Of a stretch of DNA of 64,000 nucleotides, positions 27,419-41,115 are shown piece after piece. The number at the start of each line of letters is the position of its first letter. The first letter of the stretch is position 1. The notes under the pieces are model-generated. The model ran no database searches. It worked only from the letters and a program-made list of their open reading frames with translations, and was not told the DNA's origin. The stretch is from Harriotta raleighana (lineage: Eukaryota), in contig JBNZDD010013732.1 of the NCBI GenBank assembly GCA_050575255.1, positions 19,313,608-19,377,607 of the forward strand, written 5' to 3'. A program made the translations under genes and the position numbers.

Positions 27419-28479
27419 CATCCTTTTAATTCCATTTTTTTTTAACAGAATACAGCACTTCTCTCAACTTCCATCTGTAGCGAGCTCTACTCAGTTCTTT
27501 AGGGAAAGTGAAGACCTGAAGGAGGCACTCTCAGCACAGAGGTAGGTGGCAAAGTACCATCTTAGCATTAACCAACACCACCCAGCTATTGTGGTCTTTG
27601 GTGACATTACCGGAGCAAAGCTTATGAACAACACTGCACAGGTCTGTTAGGAACCGTGTTACTTTGAACAAGGTCACTGCCATCTGTTTGTTCTACCATG
27701 AGATGCTATTTTCTGCAGGAGAGTCCAAGCTGAAGCCCCGTCTATACGTAATGAATGGCTTCAAGCTGTGTTTGTTAAATGGCGGGTTTTATTCACTCTG
27801 GGAATTGCAGGATGTTTTTTACGTTTGTGTGTTTACATCACCTCCTGTTATTTGCAGGTTTGCTACTCTTTGCTTTCTCCTTTATAGCAGCTCTATGATA
27901 ATTCCGTTCGGAGTGTCACAACAGCACTTCCCAATTTTCATTCAAATTAGAACTTAAAACATTAATATTCAGCTCTTGCATTTTCACACACTCTGTAAAG
28001 CCATAATCGTAGATTTCATGGATAATGGTATAATTTATTTGGTATCTGCTGTGGTATTTTGATTGTACATCCTGGACTAATATTTCACCGTGTTAAATAT
28101 TGACTCAAAGATGCAATGTTTTAGATCATTTGAAGTAAGTGTTTTGAATCATTTTGATGAATAACCATCTTGGGTTGGCGGGGATTGCCTAAACATTGAT
28201 CTATGAGCCTCAGCAACATGTGTAGATGCCACTGCCCACAGAAGTAAATGGGTATTTGGGATTTTCTCTCTGCGTTCTTACCTGAAAGTGCACACTTTCC
28301 AGCAGAGTGGACAGTGGATTTCAGTAAGGATTGGAAATCCTGGCTAAGTTGTGCCAAATTTTGTGCCACTGTGCCTTCTTCCAAAAGCCAAATATTTTTA
28401 GACAAATTTAAGAAAAAAAATCATAACCTTTTATTACTTTTATTTTGTTGTTGTTGTTTTATTACTGATGACATGTATC

Positions 28480-28610
28480 GGGTTGTTGAGGGCTGGTTGC
28501 TGGACATGTTTAAATATAAACAGCTTGATGTGATGGGAAGATGATAGAGTGGGTGTTTTGAAAGCATGAGATTGATGGGCCTAAGGGCCTTTCTTATATG
28601 ATCTTATGAA
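28480..28610 (+). mobile_element. CR1-like LINE 3' end (related remnants at ~25170-25332 +, ~11975-12250 -, ~39265-39400 -)
   Basis: cagcttgatg...gatgggcctaagggcctttctt..atcttatga motif is shared with 25200-25332 and resembles CR1 3' tails. Family call is from recall. Confidence 0.5.
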
Positions 28611-28726
28611 GGCAACCAAGGTGAACAGCAGTCTCACCTGGGAACACAATCTCAGCATCATAGAGTTACAAAGTGAGCACTTGTTTGCATCAAAGACTAA
28701 GCCAGTTTGGCAAATACTGACTCTAT

Positions 28727-29666
28727 CACTATCTTGCCTATGCATAATGATGAGCTTCCCGCTTGATTTTGATGGCCTTGCAGACAAACTGTCTAACATC
28801 CCCCATTTTCAAGGCTCACGCATGTATATCGGCCTCTTGGGCTGGGTATCGGAGTGCAAAAGCACTTCATCTTCCCATTACTTATATTGCTGATAGCATA
28901 ATGGCCTATTGCTTTTGTTATAAATACTGGCTGATATTATTAACTAGTAGAGTTCACATTTATGCAGTCAACGTGATCTTGCTTCAACCTTCACAACAGC
29001 AACAAAATTACATTTGTATAGCGCTTTTTAAGTCAGGAGGACGTCACAGCTGTTGGTTCTGATGCATATTTCCTTTGCCAACCAACATACTTGATCTATC
29101 CTTCTAAACCCACTCAAATAATAGACTAATTTCTGAAAAATGACTCCTTTTATTCTTTGAAGTGCTGAGGTTCCAGATGTACTATGATCATCAGACTCGT
29201 AATAGTCCTGGCAAAGAGTGCTTTTCAACATGACACAATGCTTGGTACTTCATTTGCCAGACAACTAGACGTGTGCAGATTTTATATAATTCTGTTTCTC
29301 ATTGCTACAAAACTGCATTTGTGAATATCTTGTAATGTCTGTTCATGGCCTCCACTAATTTAAATGTAATTTATTAAATATAGTTTGGGCTTCTAAGGGA
29401 CAACAGATGACTGGTTGCGATAAATCTAGCAGCTGGAAGCTGCTACAAATATTCTGAAATTAGGTCTTCTCTGTTAGAAATTTGCATTGGGTACTTGTTC
29501 AAGAATAAAACAAATTGCATCTATGCACTATCTTGCCTAATGCATAATGATGAGCTTTCCGCTTGATTTTGATGGCCTTGCAGACAAACTGACTAACATG
29601 CCCCATTTTCAAGGTTCACGCATATATATTGGCCTCTTGGGCTGGGTATCGGAGTGCAAAAGCACT
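28727..29666. repeat. ~140-bp dispersed direct duplication (28727-28866 and 29526-29666)
   Basis: Two highly similar copies of cactatcttgccta..ggagtgcaaaagcact with a few substitutions and no N between them. Confidence 0.95.
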
Positions 29667-29808
29667 CAATAGAAGGAAAATGTAGTCAGGAGAACGAGAG
29701 AGGAGATCCGAGGGTGTTAAGTCAATATTTTAATAGCACATTGCCTCTTGGCTTCCGCTCTGAAATTTTGCATTAACCCAACCATTGGTCCCTACAGGGT
29801 ATACTTAC

Positions 29809-29884
29809 GTGTAAGCTTCAAAATCCCCATTATTGATGGCTTCAATCAGTTGCTCGGTGATCTTGATGATGTCCTGCTTGCGTG
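29809..29884 (-). CDS. CAMK2G: CaMKII hub (association) domain exon (A)[24 protein letters not shown](T), 76 nt
   Basis: ctttag|CACGCAAG...TTACAC|gtaagt. [21 protein letters not shown] matches gamma. Phase 1 to 2. Confidence 0.97.
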
Positions 29885-32800
29885 CTAAAGTTTTGGGGGG
29901 AAAAAACATATGAGAGTAACATAAGATGCTGCTCTGCAAAGTGTCCATCTTGTGAACTCGGATTCAAGATACCCAAGTGCTTTCAGTGCAACAATTGACT
30001 CCACCCACAAGGGCCAAAAGAATGTTTGCTGAACAGCCTCGAGGCCCGTTTGTAAATAACTGTGTCCCTTTGTCAGATTCTGTGACAAAGGCTACACAAT
30101 GCTATCCAGGAACACCAGAAATACAGTGGAGTTAAGGCTGTAAAATTCTGCCAAAGTCTATTCACCCAAAATATTCACCCAAATCGTTCCCTCACTTGCC
30201 TACTTTAAGGCACTTCTCAAGAGGCCCATTTCTTCCACCATGCCTTCTGCCACCTTTCTATGCTCTCTGCCCTCCCTGATCCCAACCCCCAAACCGGTCC
30301 AAATCGCTGACCATCCAGCACTTTGGAACGTCCTCCTGATGACGTCCTCCTGGCTATACAAATGTAATTTTGCATTGCATTATGTACTTTTGAAACTGGG
30401 AAAAATACTCAAACTATATCTATCATTGGCATCAACAGCCACTTAAGTAACTGGAAGAATCTTCCCCATGTTCATTTTGTAAGTTGTATTTATTTTATAT
30501 ACTGTATCTATATCATTTGTTTAGATACTAATTACAAACAAGTAATTAATTACTAGTTGCTTTCTATGTAGAATGCCCATTGGCACAAAGAAACAGAAAC
30601 AATGCAATCTGAGAACATTCAGTAGAAAAACCAACTCACCAACATTTGCTTAAACTGCTCGCAACATTAAGGCAGGGGAGGGAGTGTTAAGAAAACAGCA
30701 CTGAAGATACTAAAAACCAGTGCAGAAGGGATCTGGAAAGAAGGTTTCTTCGTTTGTGACGAAAGATCACAAATATTGGAAACGTGCAATTTGCCTAAAC
30801 TGAGAATTTCATCTCGTCCTCCTAAAGTAGAAATATGCTACCTCCTTAAACCAGGAGCCATATGCTGCTTTCACCACTTTGGCAGGGTTGCTAATATGAG
30901 TGACTTTCACAGTGTGTTTGTGACTCTGCAAACCAGAGCACTTGGTCTGGTTCTCCCAGTATGGAGTTTCAATGTTCACATTCAGTTCAGATCGGCAGCC
31001 TCGGGAGGGATTAGGCAACAAAAAAATAATGCCTTGCTTCTTTCCTCCTGGAGGCAGTCATCCCACTTAACTTCTGTTAACCGTGCAAGCCAAAGCCCTA
31101 ACAGGTAGGATGGCCCTTGCTGGATAAGTGGTTGGAAAGCTTGCCAGACAGCAATATCAATGGCAAGCTATGTAGTTTTAGCTGGTTAGACTCCCAACAG
31201 TACCTCAACGCACATTCTGGGGTCCCCAAGCTTTGGTTCTTACCAAGCTGAGTCTAATACTTTCTGGCATTAGATAGGCAGAATATGTCCCTTCAGGAAG
31301 AGGATGCGCAATCCATTCTAACAATCTATCTCTTGGATTTGCATGTGTAGATGGGATGCATGGAAATCTCGGTTTGGTTTGGATATTATTAAGTAAGGAT
31401 TTCCAAGGGTGTCAGCCAACACTATATATTCGTCTCTGGTGTCCGGCAATTTTGTGACAAGGAACTCAGGCAGTGTTCTATTTAAGAAACAGACTTGCTC
31501 GGGATGGATTGTATTATGCTTCTGAAATGAAGCCATTTAATATGAAGATTCTCATAGGGAAGAAATCTGCTGGTGGACATGTCTATTTGTACTGTTTGAA
31601 AGGAACACTATTGTAGACATGACACTATTATCAGCAGCTTGGGACATCCTTCCGACATGAAAGGCACTATACAAGTGTAATATTGTTGTTGTTGTTATCG
31701 AGAATGCAATTACTACACACAACTGAGAGCTCTCTCTCTCGCTTTTCTCTCTCTCCTCTCTAGCTGAGTTTGTCGGGAGAAAGCTGAGAACTAAACTCGC
31801 TGGAATTTGATTGTAAGTGGGGGTGGGGGGGGGGGGGGTGGGGGGAAGACCCACTGGGTGCTCTGTCCAGCTAATACATGTCAGCACTGTAGCAAAATAC
31901 ACTACAATTTATGACTCAGTTCCACCATAAGAGAACCAGAATTATGCCTCACTGACTCAGCATTAGCTTTCCAGTGATATTCTGGACGAGCATGATACAC
32001 CTCCAGTTACTGAAGGAAGCCCAACCTTTGTGCCTGTCCCTTCTGCACAGATCTCTGACCACCGAGCACATGCTGGAAGTGTACTGTACTGGCCATACTC
32101 TGTGTGTCCACAGTAAATTTGCACTATAAACAGACCCACACTATCCCAAGATGCACTACAATAGGGGTCAACCTGTAATTATGGCAATAAATTCTATAAT
32201 CTGTCTTTATACTATAAAGATATGTTATATATTTATATTATACAATTATATAACTTATATTTCAATAGTATAGTAGTGCATTAACTTCAAATCTTTGGAA
32301 GGAAAAAAAATCGGGATTTCTAAACCTTGTTGAAAAACTGTTGGAAATGTCACCAATAAGCCCAGTGTCTTGGGACGTCCTCCTGGCTTGAAATTCGCTA
32401 TACAAGTCTAAATTTTGTTGCTGATATGTTGTTAGGCTGTATCTCTAGCCAGTGGTTTCTTTGAAGGTAGGTTATGGCGTAAATGAAATGGATATAAATC
32501 ATACTGCATTTCAACAACACCCCCACCAGCACTCTAACCAGTACTCTGCGCTCCCCTGTCATGTCCATATCACTGCCATCCTGTAACATTATCTTTCCTA
32601 CGCGTTACCAAAAACCGGGGAGATGGGGAGGGGAAAGAAGAATTCCCAAGCATCCTTTAAATCGGTACCAACATGCAAAACACAACACTTGGAAATAGTC
32701 AACATAACACACCAAAATGCGCTAAAAAAAGAACTCAATGATTTGTTTTTGAAAGAAATCCATTTGCACAATTTTGCAACTAATTTGCCGTGAAAAGAAA

Positions 32801-33581
32801 TGAGCAACAGTTGATGATAGAAATTTAAAGAAAACTGTTATAGGTATCGTGGACCACAATAAATTTCAATCTTAAACACAAGAGGGCAAGGAAATTATTT
32901 AGTCATTAAAGTTAGCGCACCTTGACAGCTTCTTAATGGGGGAAAATAACCCACAAGAGAATTTCACCCCATAGAAATGTAATTCAAGGAGCCCTTCGGC
33001 AATAACTTGATAAGACATGACAAAGTCACAGTATTATCAGGTCCTTAGTTTAGAGACACAACACACCAGGTAAAAACACTCTTAAGGCTCGGTTGTGCAT
33101 TTCATCAAATGCTTGAAAAATTTCTTGAACTCATTCTCTGCCAAAATCAACCACCGTGATAATTGCCAAGAACAGCTTTAACTAATTCTTTTTTAAAAAT
33201 TATTTTCTATTTGTTTTTTCCCATTGCCATCTGCTCCTGATTTCCAGGCTGCTTGTCCTGGGCTGTGTATCCATGGGCACTGATCGCCCTCTGGTGCCCT
33301 GCCCAAATCGCCATTATTCATTTGTGAGCCTTGACAGTGAATTTCACTCATCTCTAGCGAGTCACACAGCTCTGAGCCTGACCTCATCTCACCCAGCTGT
33401 CCCACACACAAACACACACACACACACACACACTATCTGTGTTGGGGGTGGGTGGGAATGTCATAGAAATACAAGAACCACGGACCCCAATCAGCATCTC
33501 TTTATCCATCTCCAAGATGGTTTATCCACTGCACCATCAGAGTTGCCACTCTCCAAGAATTTTTAAAAAAAGATTTAACTC

Positions 33582-33883
33582 AATAATAATTCATGCATTT
33601 GATACAGTAATGCTTTTCACGTCTTCTAGACGTCTCAAAACACTGCACAGGATATACTTTTAAGTGAATTGACTGTATATTTGTGGGAGAAATGGGACAG
33701 CAGTGTCCCACAAACAGTCGTGGATTGAAATGACCAATTTATTAAAAAAAATTATTGAGGGATTATTATCAGATCCTTACATGTGGACTAAGGAAACTTA
33801 CTCAAGGTTTCACCCTGCCTAGAATTGAACCCAAGTCTCTCGCTTGCAAGGCGAGTGCTCTAACCACTGAGCTACAGGACTCC
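33582..33883 (-). mobile_element. Same SINE family, reverse orientation
   Basis: Reverse complement aligns head to tail with 55608-55926. Confidence 0.88.
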
Positions 33884-36800
33884 ACATGAAACTGAAGTGT
33901 TAGAAATAATATAGATAAAAAGAAACATTGGCCGTTAACATTTTCTTTTGCATAGTAAGACCACAGTATGCTTTGAAAAATTAATAATATTTAATCACTC
34001 TTGTTAACATACTGTAGTCTGCTTTTCAGTTAATGTTTTTGGTAGTAGTAGATACACAAGGTTTAGTAATGATTCACTCTGTCTAAATCTCTGCCAGGTT
34101 TAGGTACAGAGCTAAGCCAGTACTCAGAAAACCCTTCTGCTTCACTTACACTGTGTGGGAGGAGATGCAGGTGGAAACAGCTCAGAATTATCAGAATGAC
34201 TCACTGCACATGTGAGATCCACAATTTCAGTGGCTGAATATTTGTGGGGGGAAAAAAAAACAGGCATGAAGATATATATAGAGACAGGCTCCAACAAGAA
34301 CACCAGTAACAATTATGGAATTCAAGCAAATAAAATATGCCCCCATACTACCAGTGATACCTTCTATTGAGCTGTTTGATGAAGAAATCACTGCCTACCT
34401 CTAACCTTTAACATTAAAATGTTGAAATGGATGAAGATTAAGGTTTGTATAGTGACTCCCTCCAGTTAATGGCAGGATTCCATGTTGGTGACTCAAGTCT
34501 CTCTCAAAAACTCTTGATAATGAATTGCCAGAAATTAGATTCCATTGTGTTATTCTGCAGGCTCAACAATTAGCTGGAGCTTGCTAACCAAGGTAGAGTG
34601 ACGTCTTGGCAAAGCCCAGTGGGTGGGTTGTGATGGGAATCAAACTAAGGGAAGCACTAATCATTACTGAACATTAGAGACATTTTTAATACAAGAGATT
34701 CCAATAAAAAAGACTCTTCATCCAATTCCAATATTTCTTTCTAGAAAAGCCAATCGTATTGCCTTCCAATTATCACGTATAGCTTTTTCTTTTATATACA
34801 GTATTAATTTATCCTGCTAGTCTGGGTTCTCCTCGCAACACTCCTTAACCCGAAGGGTGGCCAGTTAAAAGTGCCTCATCTGTTCTGATTTTTTGTATTT
34901 TATTACTGTTACTGCAAAACAGCAAAATAAACTTTTCTTGTCCCTTTGGTTTCTTGTGTTTTCATCAGAGGTTCACTGATATAATGCCAGATTTGCACTT
35001 AAAAGATGAAGTATCATCTATTTGTTGAAGAGTTCAGAGAGCAGTGTCAGATGTGCAGATTTTAACTGAGGGGTGAATGCAGAAGTCGGCTTTCAATACA
35101 TTATTTATGACCAATATCCATAAAACTAAAATCTCACTCACAGGTTCCTTTCACAGCAGGAACAATGGGATTACAGATTACATTTTGTATACCATAAGAT
35201 TCATATTTTAAAAAAATTCATGTATCTATATATTTCGATAGAATCTAAATCATTTGTCATCTTGAATACGAGTGAGCTAATGATGTGAAATATCCTTACC
35301 ACCAACAGAAACATGGAAACCAACTCATTATTATATACAATGTATACAACACTACACAATATTGGATATATTTGTATATCTAATACAGTGCTGATGTTCC
35401 ACTCCCCTTATACCAGGTCTGACACTGTACAACAGCTGTTGAATTGAAGAACAATGTTGAATGAACAATAAACAAATATAAGCGTGACCGTTGAGAAAAG
35501 ACTCATTTTGGTGTTCAGCAATCAGCATTGCAGCTAACTCTTGAGTCCCTACTATCACCTCAACACAGATCAAACCTGGGCCTTCCCAGTATTTGCAGCT
35601 CAGCAACTCAGGCTCAGTTGCTAAAGTACAGGAGTTGTGAGAGTTGGGGACAGGGAATGGCTCTCCAGCTTGTAAAGTCCAAGCGAGCTGATGATGAGTG
35701 AAATATCCTTAACACCAACAGAAACATGGAAACCTCTTGTACTCCTGTGCAATAGATGATATTTTTCTTAAAAATATGGCAAGATATTTTAACCATATAA
35801 TGCTATAATTGTTTTTTTTAAAAAGAAAACGCCTAACATCTGCAAAAAACCAATGACTGAATCATGGTCAGTTAAAGAAATGGGATATCCAGAGTGTGTT
35901 GAAAGGCTCTGCAGTGCAGTGATGTAAAATCCGATCCTTTCGCTTTTTATGGCCTTAATTGGAATGTACGCTTGGCTGATGGGGAGAAATGCTGCAGTTA
36001 TACTATCAGCATTCGTAGTGGTTTTGCGAGCATCAAGCCACTTGCTCATGCTCGTGAGTGCACTTAGGGAGGACATTTTCCTTTCTGTTGCATCTACTAC
36101 AGTTATTCTACCATGGCCTGTGTATAATAATAGAATTCATAAACTATGTCCCCCCCCCCCCCAAATCACATCTAACACTGCTGACAAACAATGACAAATG
36201 TGCCTTTCTCTCTCTTGGAGAGCTACCTCAAACTAATTCCTAATGGGCACTTATCCACAGCAATGCAATCTGGTACCAATTAGCAATACATTTATAGCCT
36301 TGCTCAGTTGAGGGTATTTCACAGCACAATCAAACAATCACATTGAGGGGTGAACTTGTCTAATTAACGTATTGGGCTACTAGGCTATGATGGATCAAAA
36401 GTGCTGGACCCAGCTGCTTAAGTGAAAAGTGTGAAATGTTTCGCATCCTGTACTGACGTCTCTCACCTTGATGAGCACAAAACGTTCATTTTAAATCATC
36501 TCTTTAAATGTGTTCCGTTGTCCTGCCAGCTTTTTGTGCAGGTCTGCAAAGCAGTCTAACCTGCTATCAAAGCACTGCTTTACAAATGCACAGCGGGACT
36601 GCGTCAATGCATTTGTGATGAGATCAGATTCCAATCATTACATATTTTGTGCAGTTATTTCCTGGCCAACGAAGAAAGAAATGTTCACTGGGGCTTTGAC
36701 CAACCAGATTGCTGCATTCAGATTTCTACATAAGTCACTTTGCACCTGTTCTCTGGAACTCTTTTACCATGTGCATTCTCTTTCCCTGCCTTCATTGTAT

Positions 36801-37009
36801 CTTTGTCCATACTTTTGATCAACATTATTAAACTTCTATCTTCTTTCAACTTGGAGATCCCATTGCCTTGATAAAGTGGTTTGAGAGGTTAATTTATGCA
36901 AAAGCCACTATGTAAATGCAAGCTGTTTCTGTGTCCCAGCACAGTTATACCTTAGAGTAATATTATCTTCATAAACTGTAAGTCACAAACTATGTTTCTG
37001 GGAGCCTAA

Positions 37010-37210
37010 TAAAACTGAAGCCTGATTTTGACAACAAATAACTGGTTATTTGGAATCAAAATTGGTTTGGTGAAGTGAAGGAGAAACTGAAAATATTTCT
37101 CACTCGGCAATTACCCACACAGCTGTCAGAGAAGAGATCCTTCATCCTATTAGTTTGAGCTGGATTTGTTATGGGGCACCAAAGGTAAAAGGGAAATACT
37201 CTTAACTCAG
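37010..37210 (-). mobile_element. Ancient LF-SINE-like remnant
   Basis: Reverse strand ccttttacctttggtg..caaatccagctcaaac..ctctgacagctgt resembles the LF-SINE 5' half as I recall it. Heavily diverged. Confidence 0.3.
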
Positions 37211-40096
37211 TGGAAAACTTAATAGTGAAAATCCATCAAGAACAGCCATTGGGCATTCATTTTTTTTACACTGCCTGTTCTCTGTCATGAAACTGGTTGA
37301 GATACAGAGTTCTGTCACACCTTGCTAGTAGAGAAGTGCTCAACTTAAACAGTATACTATGATATCAAGACGCACTTGTACTCCACATGATCTGAATGAA
37401 ATGGGTCTCACCCACATGCTCCCATAATGCTACCCATTATGTGGTAATAACACTTCTATTCAACCAACGTCATGGAGAGAGAGAAAATGATCCATTTCTG
37501 TCTTGCAAGCAATCTTAGGAAGATGATAGGCAACTTACTCAAAGATTTTAGGGAGATGCTGATCCATAATGTGTCTCTAGCAAGTTTGCACGAGGGACCA
37601 GGAATGGTGTTGGGCTGGGGTGGGGGGAACCACAAGTTTACATCCTAATGTTCCCTGGTACACCATGTTTCTCATTCAATACTGTACAATTTCCAGTAAT
37701 TTACAAGCGCTTTGAATTGAATTAAAACTCAATCTGGTCACAGTTAAAATTTGCAAAAAAAATTAGCTTGGATAAGATCAATTCAAATCTCAAGCATTAA
37801 TTCCATGAATATTTGGATTACAATGCTATCTTTCAACTCTGCATGCAATCAAGTCTCCACAGACACGCACTACTTTACTAGTTAGCACACAACACGCTAG
37901 AGTGCAGCTAAGTGGTTTGCTGCCAACTTACTGAGTGGAATCTCATGGGGTTGGTCAGTATGAACCTGCTCAGCAGTTGTCTGACTCTTCATTACACTTT
38001 TACTGCCAGCATCATGGGTTGATACTGGCATTCATTGATGGCAGCATTGAGAAGAACAAACAGGGTCGTTACAAGATAGGAAACATAATTAATTCTATTA
38101 TACTGAATATAGATGAATTAAAAAAGAATGGCATTGTGACAACTTCAATAACCTCTACTTTCCGCCGCCACATGTAGGGACATAGTAAAACAGAGATAAT
38201 AATCAGCTGAATGGTTTCATATTTGCTCAATTTCAACTGACAATCCATAAATCTAAGTGCATAACACATGGAATCAACATCATTAGTTAGAATAGAAATA
38301 AATCACATAAACAGTGAATAATATTATTATTAATCGAATTGTTAAATGGAAATGTTCTACTAAATATATTGTGTTGTGCAAGGGACCTTTAGTCACTATA
38401 CCCTAGCCTCCAGAACTTCCTGCCTCAATCGCTCCACCTTGCTCTGTCTTTATCTACCTTTAATTCCCCCTTTAAGACTTGCTTCTTCATGGTCACCTCT
38501 CCCTTGCATAGTGTCCAACCGTGTCATTGTGCAGCGCTTTGCGATGCTAACCTGCCTGAAGGGTACTATACAGTATATACATACGGGTGGCTGTTGTTGT
38601 TATTTAGGATTGAAGCGTAAAAGCGGTGTTCTAGTAATGAACAATCCTAAAATACAGTGTAGGGCAATATTACAGCGAGGCTCCCTCTGCATATTCATGC
38701 CACCACAGCTTCAACATCACAGTCAGCAAACTCACCTAATAAGTACACCAGACATGCCTACTCTGCTTAATGTGGTTCACAGTAAGATGGTTTCACAGTT
38801 TAAATTTGCCAACTTCCGATCAATGCTGTTATATCCAATAAGGTATTTTTGTCTCGTCTACATCCGTTGTAATTTATTTTTGAACTTGATAAATCTTTAG
38901 ACAACCATACTCACTGTCCGTTACTGAGTACTGTATCACCAACTGAATTACCTTTGCTCTAGGAACACACATAGTTAAATTTTCTTGCTTCCTTTGGGCC
39001 AAGATCATTTCTTAACTAGTTTGGCAATCTGTTCATCTGTTAATGGCAACTCTAGAGTTATAGTGGAGGGGGTTGGGGGGGGGAGGAAATTGCAGCCATC
39101 TGGAGTTCCCTGAATGACTTCAAGCTGCTTTCCTACTGATGCATCACTGCCTGATCACATTACCAAATGTGCCACAGAGTGCTAAAAGCAATTTAACATT
39201 ACTTGCTGAATTAATCTTCTCTCTAGGCAAATAAGTAAACGTGGGCATAATCATTTTATTTCAATCACAAAAGAGATGAGGAAGACCCTTCAGCTATTCA
39301 TCCTACCAGAATACCCAGCCTACGATCCTAACACAAGTTTTTTTTCATACAAGTCCAACATCCTGGCCTGAATCACAGTTCCTGGTAACATACTAGATTC
39401 AAATAGGTTCTATTGCAAAAAAAAGTAATACTATACTGCTTATAAATCCTATTTTAATTCACCACTTATTTTAATTCCCCACTATTTTTCATGAGGTTAT
39501 AGTTCCGCATTTTAATATTGCATGAGGCACACCATCCACACATTAATTTTCAAACTATGCTGTTGATGTCAAATTATTTTGTTGAGATTTAGCAAACTCT
39601 CATCAACACAGTAGTGTTGGCTCAAAAGTGCACTAACGAATCTTCTGCAAAGTTGCAACAAGTGCAGTAGTTCTTTGAGTAATTTACTGAACATTTGAAG
39701 CCTTACAATATTATCGTGAGTAGGGACCGCCATTGTTCCAGGTTTCATAAGTAGTCTACAATTCTGTCTATTGTCAGTCGTTATGAGATTCTGAGATTTG
39801 GACTTGTTCATTATTGGCATCAAATATCTAGGATTTATCTGCTTTGCCTTGTCATGAATCTTCAAGATTGTTTCCAAGGACACTTAAGTCGTTTTGAGCA
39901 GAAATGGAAGAATTGATTTTTGACTATCTGCAAGTGTAGCTGCATTGTCCATTGCTCCCAGAGATACTTTGCGGTAGTGATATCTAGAGAGGAAACATGT
40001 TAGTCGCTGTTGCTTTTGCAGTGGTAGATTTGCAGCTTTACCCAGCGAGTGAAGCCTTCGTTGTGTAGAACCAACTAACCACTAATTAAGTAATTA

Positions 40097-41115
40097 CAAT
40101 AAAACCTTGTTTATCTGTGACTCGAATAACTGGAAAATCCTTTCAACTGCCATCTCAAAAAAAATCCCGATTCGATTAACCGGAAGTTTTCCCGGCGAAT
40201 AGTGATAATGTGTTTAATGTCGGGTCCATATCTCGTTCCTGCTCCTTTTAAAAGTCACTTTTTTTTTTACCTCCTTCGGATGAGTGCTTTTTGAAGCGTT
40301 CTGAGACGTCATCCGGTGTGGAGGGCGCTATATAAATTGAAGTTGTTGTTGTTGAGTGTTGCCTTTGCGAAGTTAAGTATAAATAATAAAGTACTGATAC
40401 TGCTGCATGTAGCGGCCAGAGAGAGAGAGACAGAGAGAAGGAGGGAGGTAGAGTGGGGCGGGGGGGCGGGGGTAATGGAGAGATGGAGGAAATGGAGATG
40501 GGGGGAGGGAGAATGGAGAGATGGAGGAAAGAGAGAGAGTGAGGGAGGGGGAATGGAGAGATGGGGGAAAGGGAAAGAGAGAGAGAAAGAAATGGGGGAA
40601 AGCATAATGAAATGAAAGAGAGAGAGAGTGATGCAGGCAGGTTGATGCAGAGAGAGAGAGAGAGGGGGAGGGAGAGAGAGAGAGAGAGAGGGGGGGAGGG
40701 AGAGAGAGAGGAAAGGGAGAGGGGAGGTGGTTGAGGGTTGTGGATAGAATTTATATCATGGATTCAGACTGAATATCTTTGAGGGTGTGTGTCTTGTGTC
40801 TGTCTTGTGTGTGTGTGTGTGTGCTGGCCGCTAGTCGGGTCTAAACTTGCCCCTGCTCCATTTAAAAGTCGCGTTTTGTTTAACCTCCGTCGAATGAGTG
40901 CTGCCATTACGAAGTTAAGTATAAATAATAAAATGCTAGTACAATATTCTGTTATTATTTAGTCTATTATTAATATGGTATGTGTTAAAATCATTTTTAA
41001 TTAAAAAAATTATATATATTTTTTAAATTATTTTTAAAAAAACTCTGTTCAACCGGAAATCCGTTTAACCGCCACTGCCAGGTCCCGTGGGTGCCGGATA
41101 AACAAGGTTTTACTG
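40097..41115. mobile_element. Non-autonomous Tc1/mariner-superfamily (Tigger/pogo-like) DNA transposon, copy 1
   Basis: TIRs caataaaaccttgtttatc.. and ..gataaacaaggttttactg, each flanked by TA. No transposase ORF. Internal GA/GT simple repeats. Confidence 0.88.

Noticed and set aside
31950-32143. Exon-like stretch with acceptor tttatag| in the pre-hub intron
   Set aside because: The phase-1 frame hits TAA before the candidate donor and has no similarity to CaMKII linker exons.
39569-39883. 104-aa minus-strand ORF next to the Tigger-like element
   Set aside because: No transposase or other motif is recognisable, and it lies outside the TIRs.
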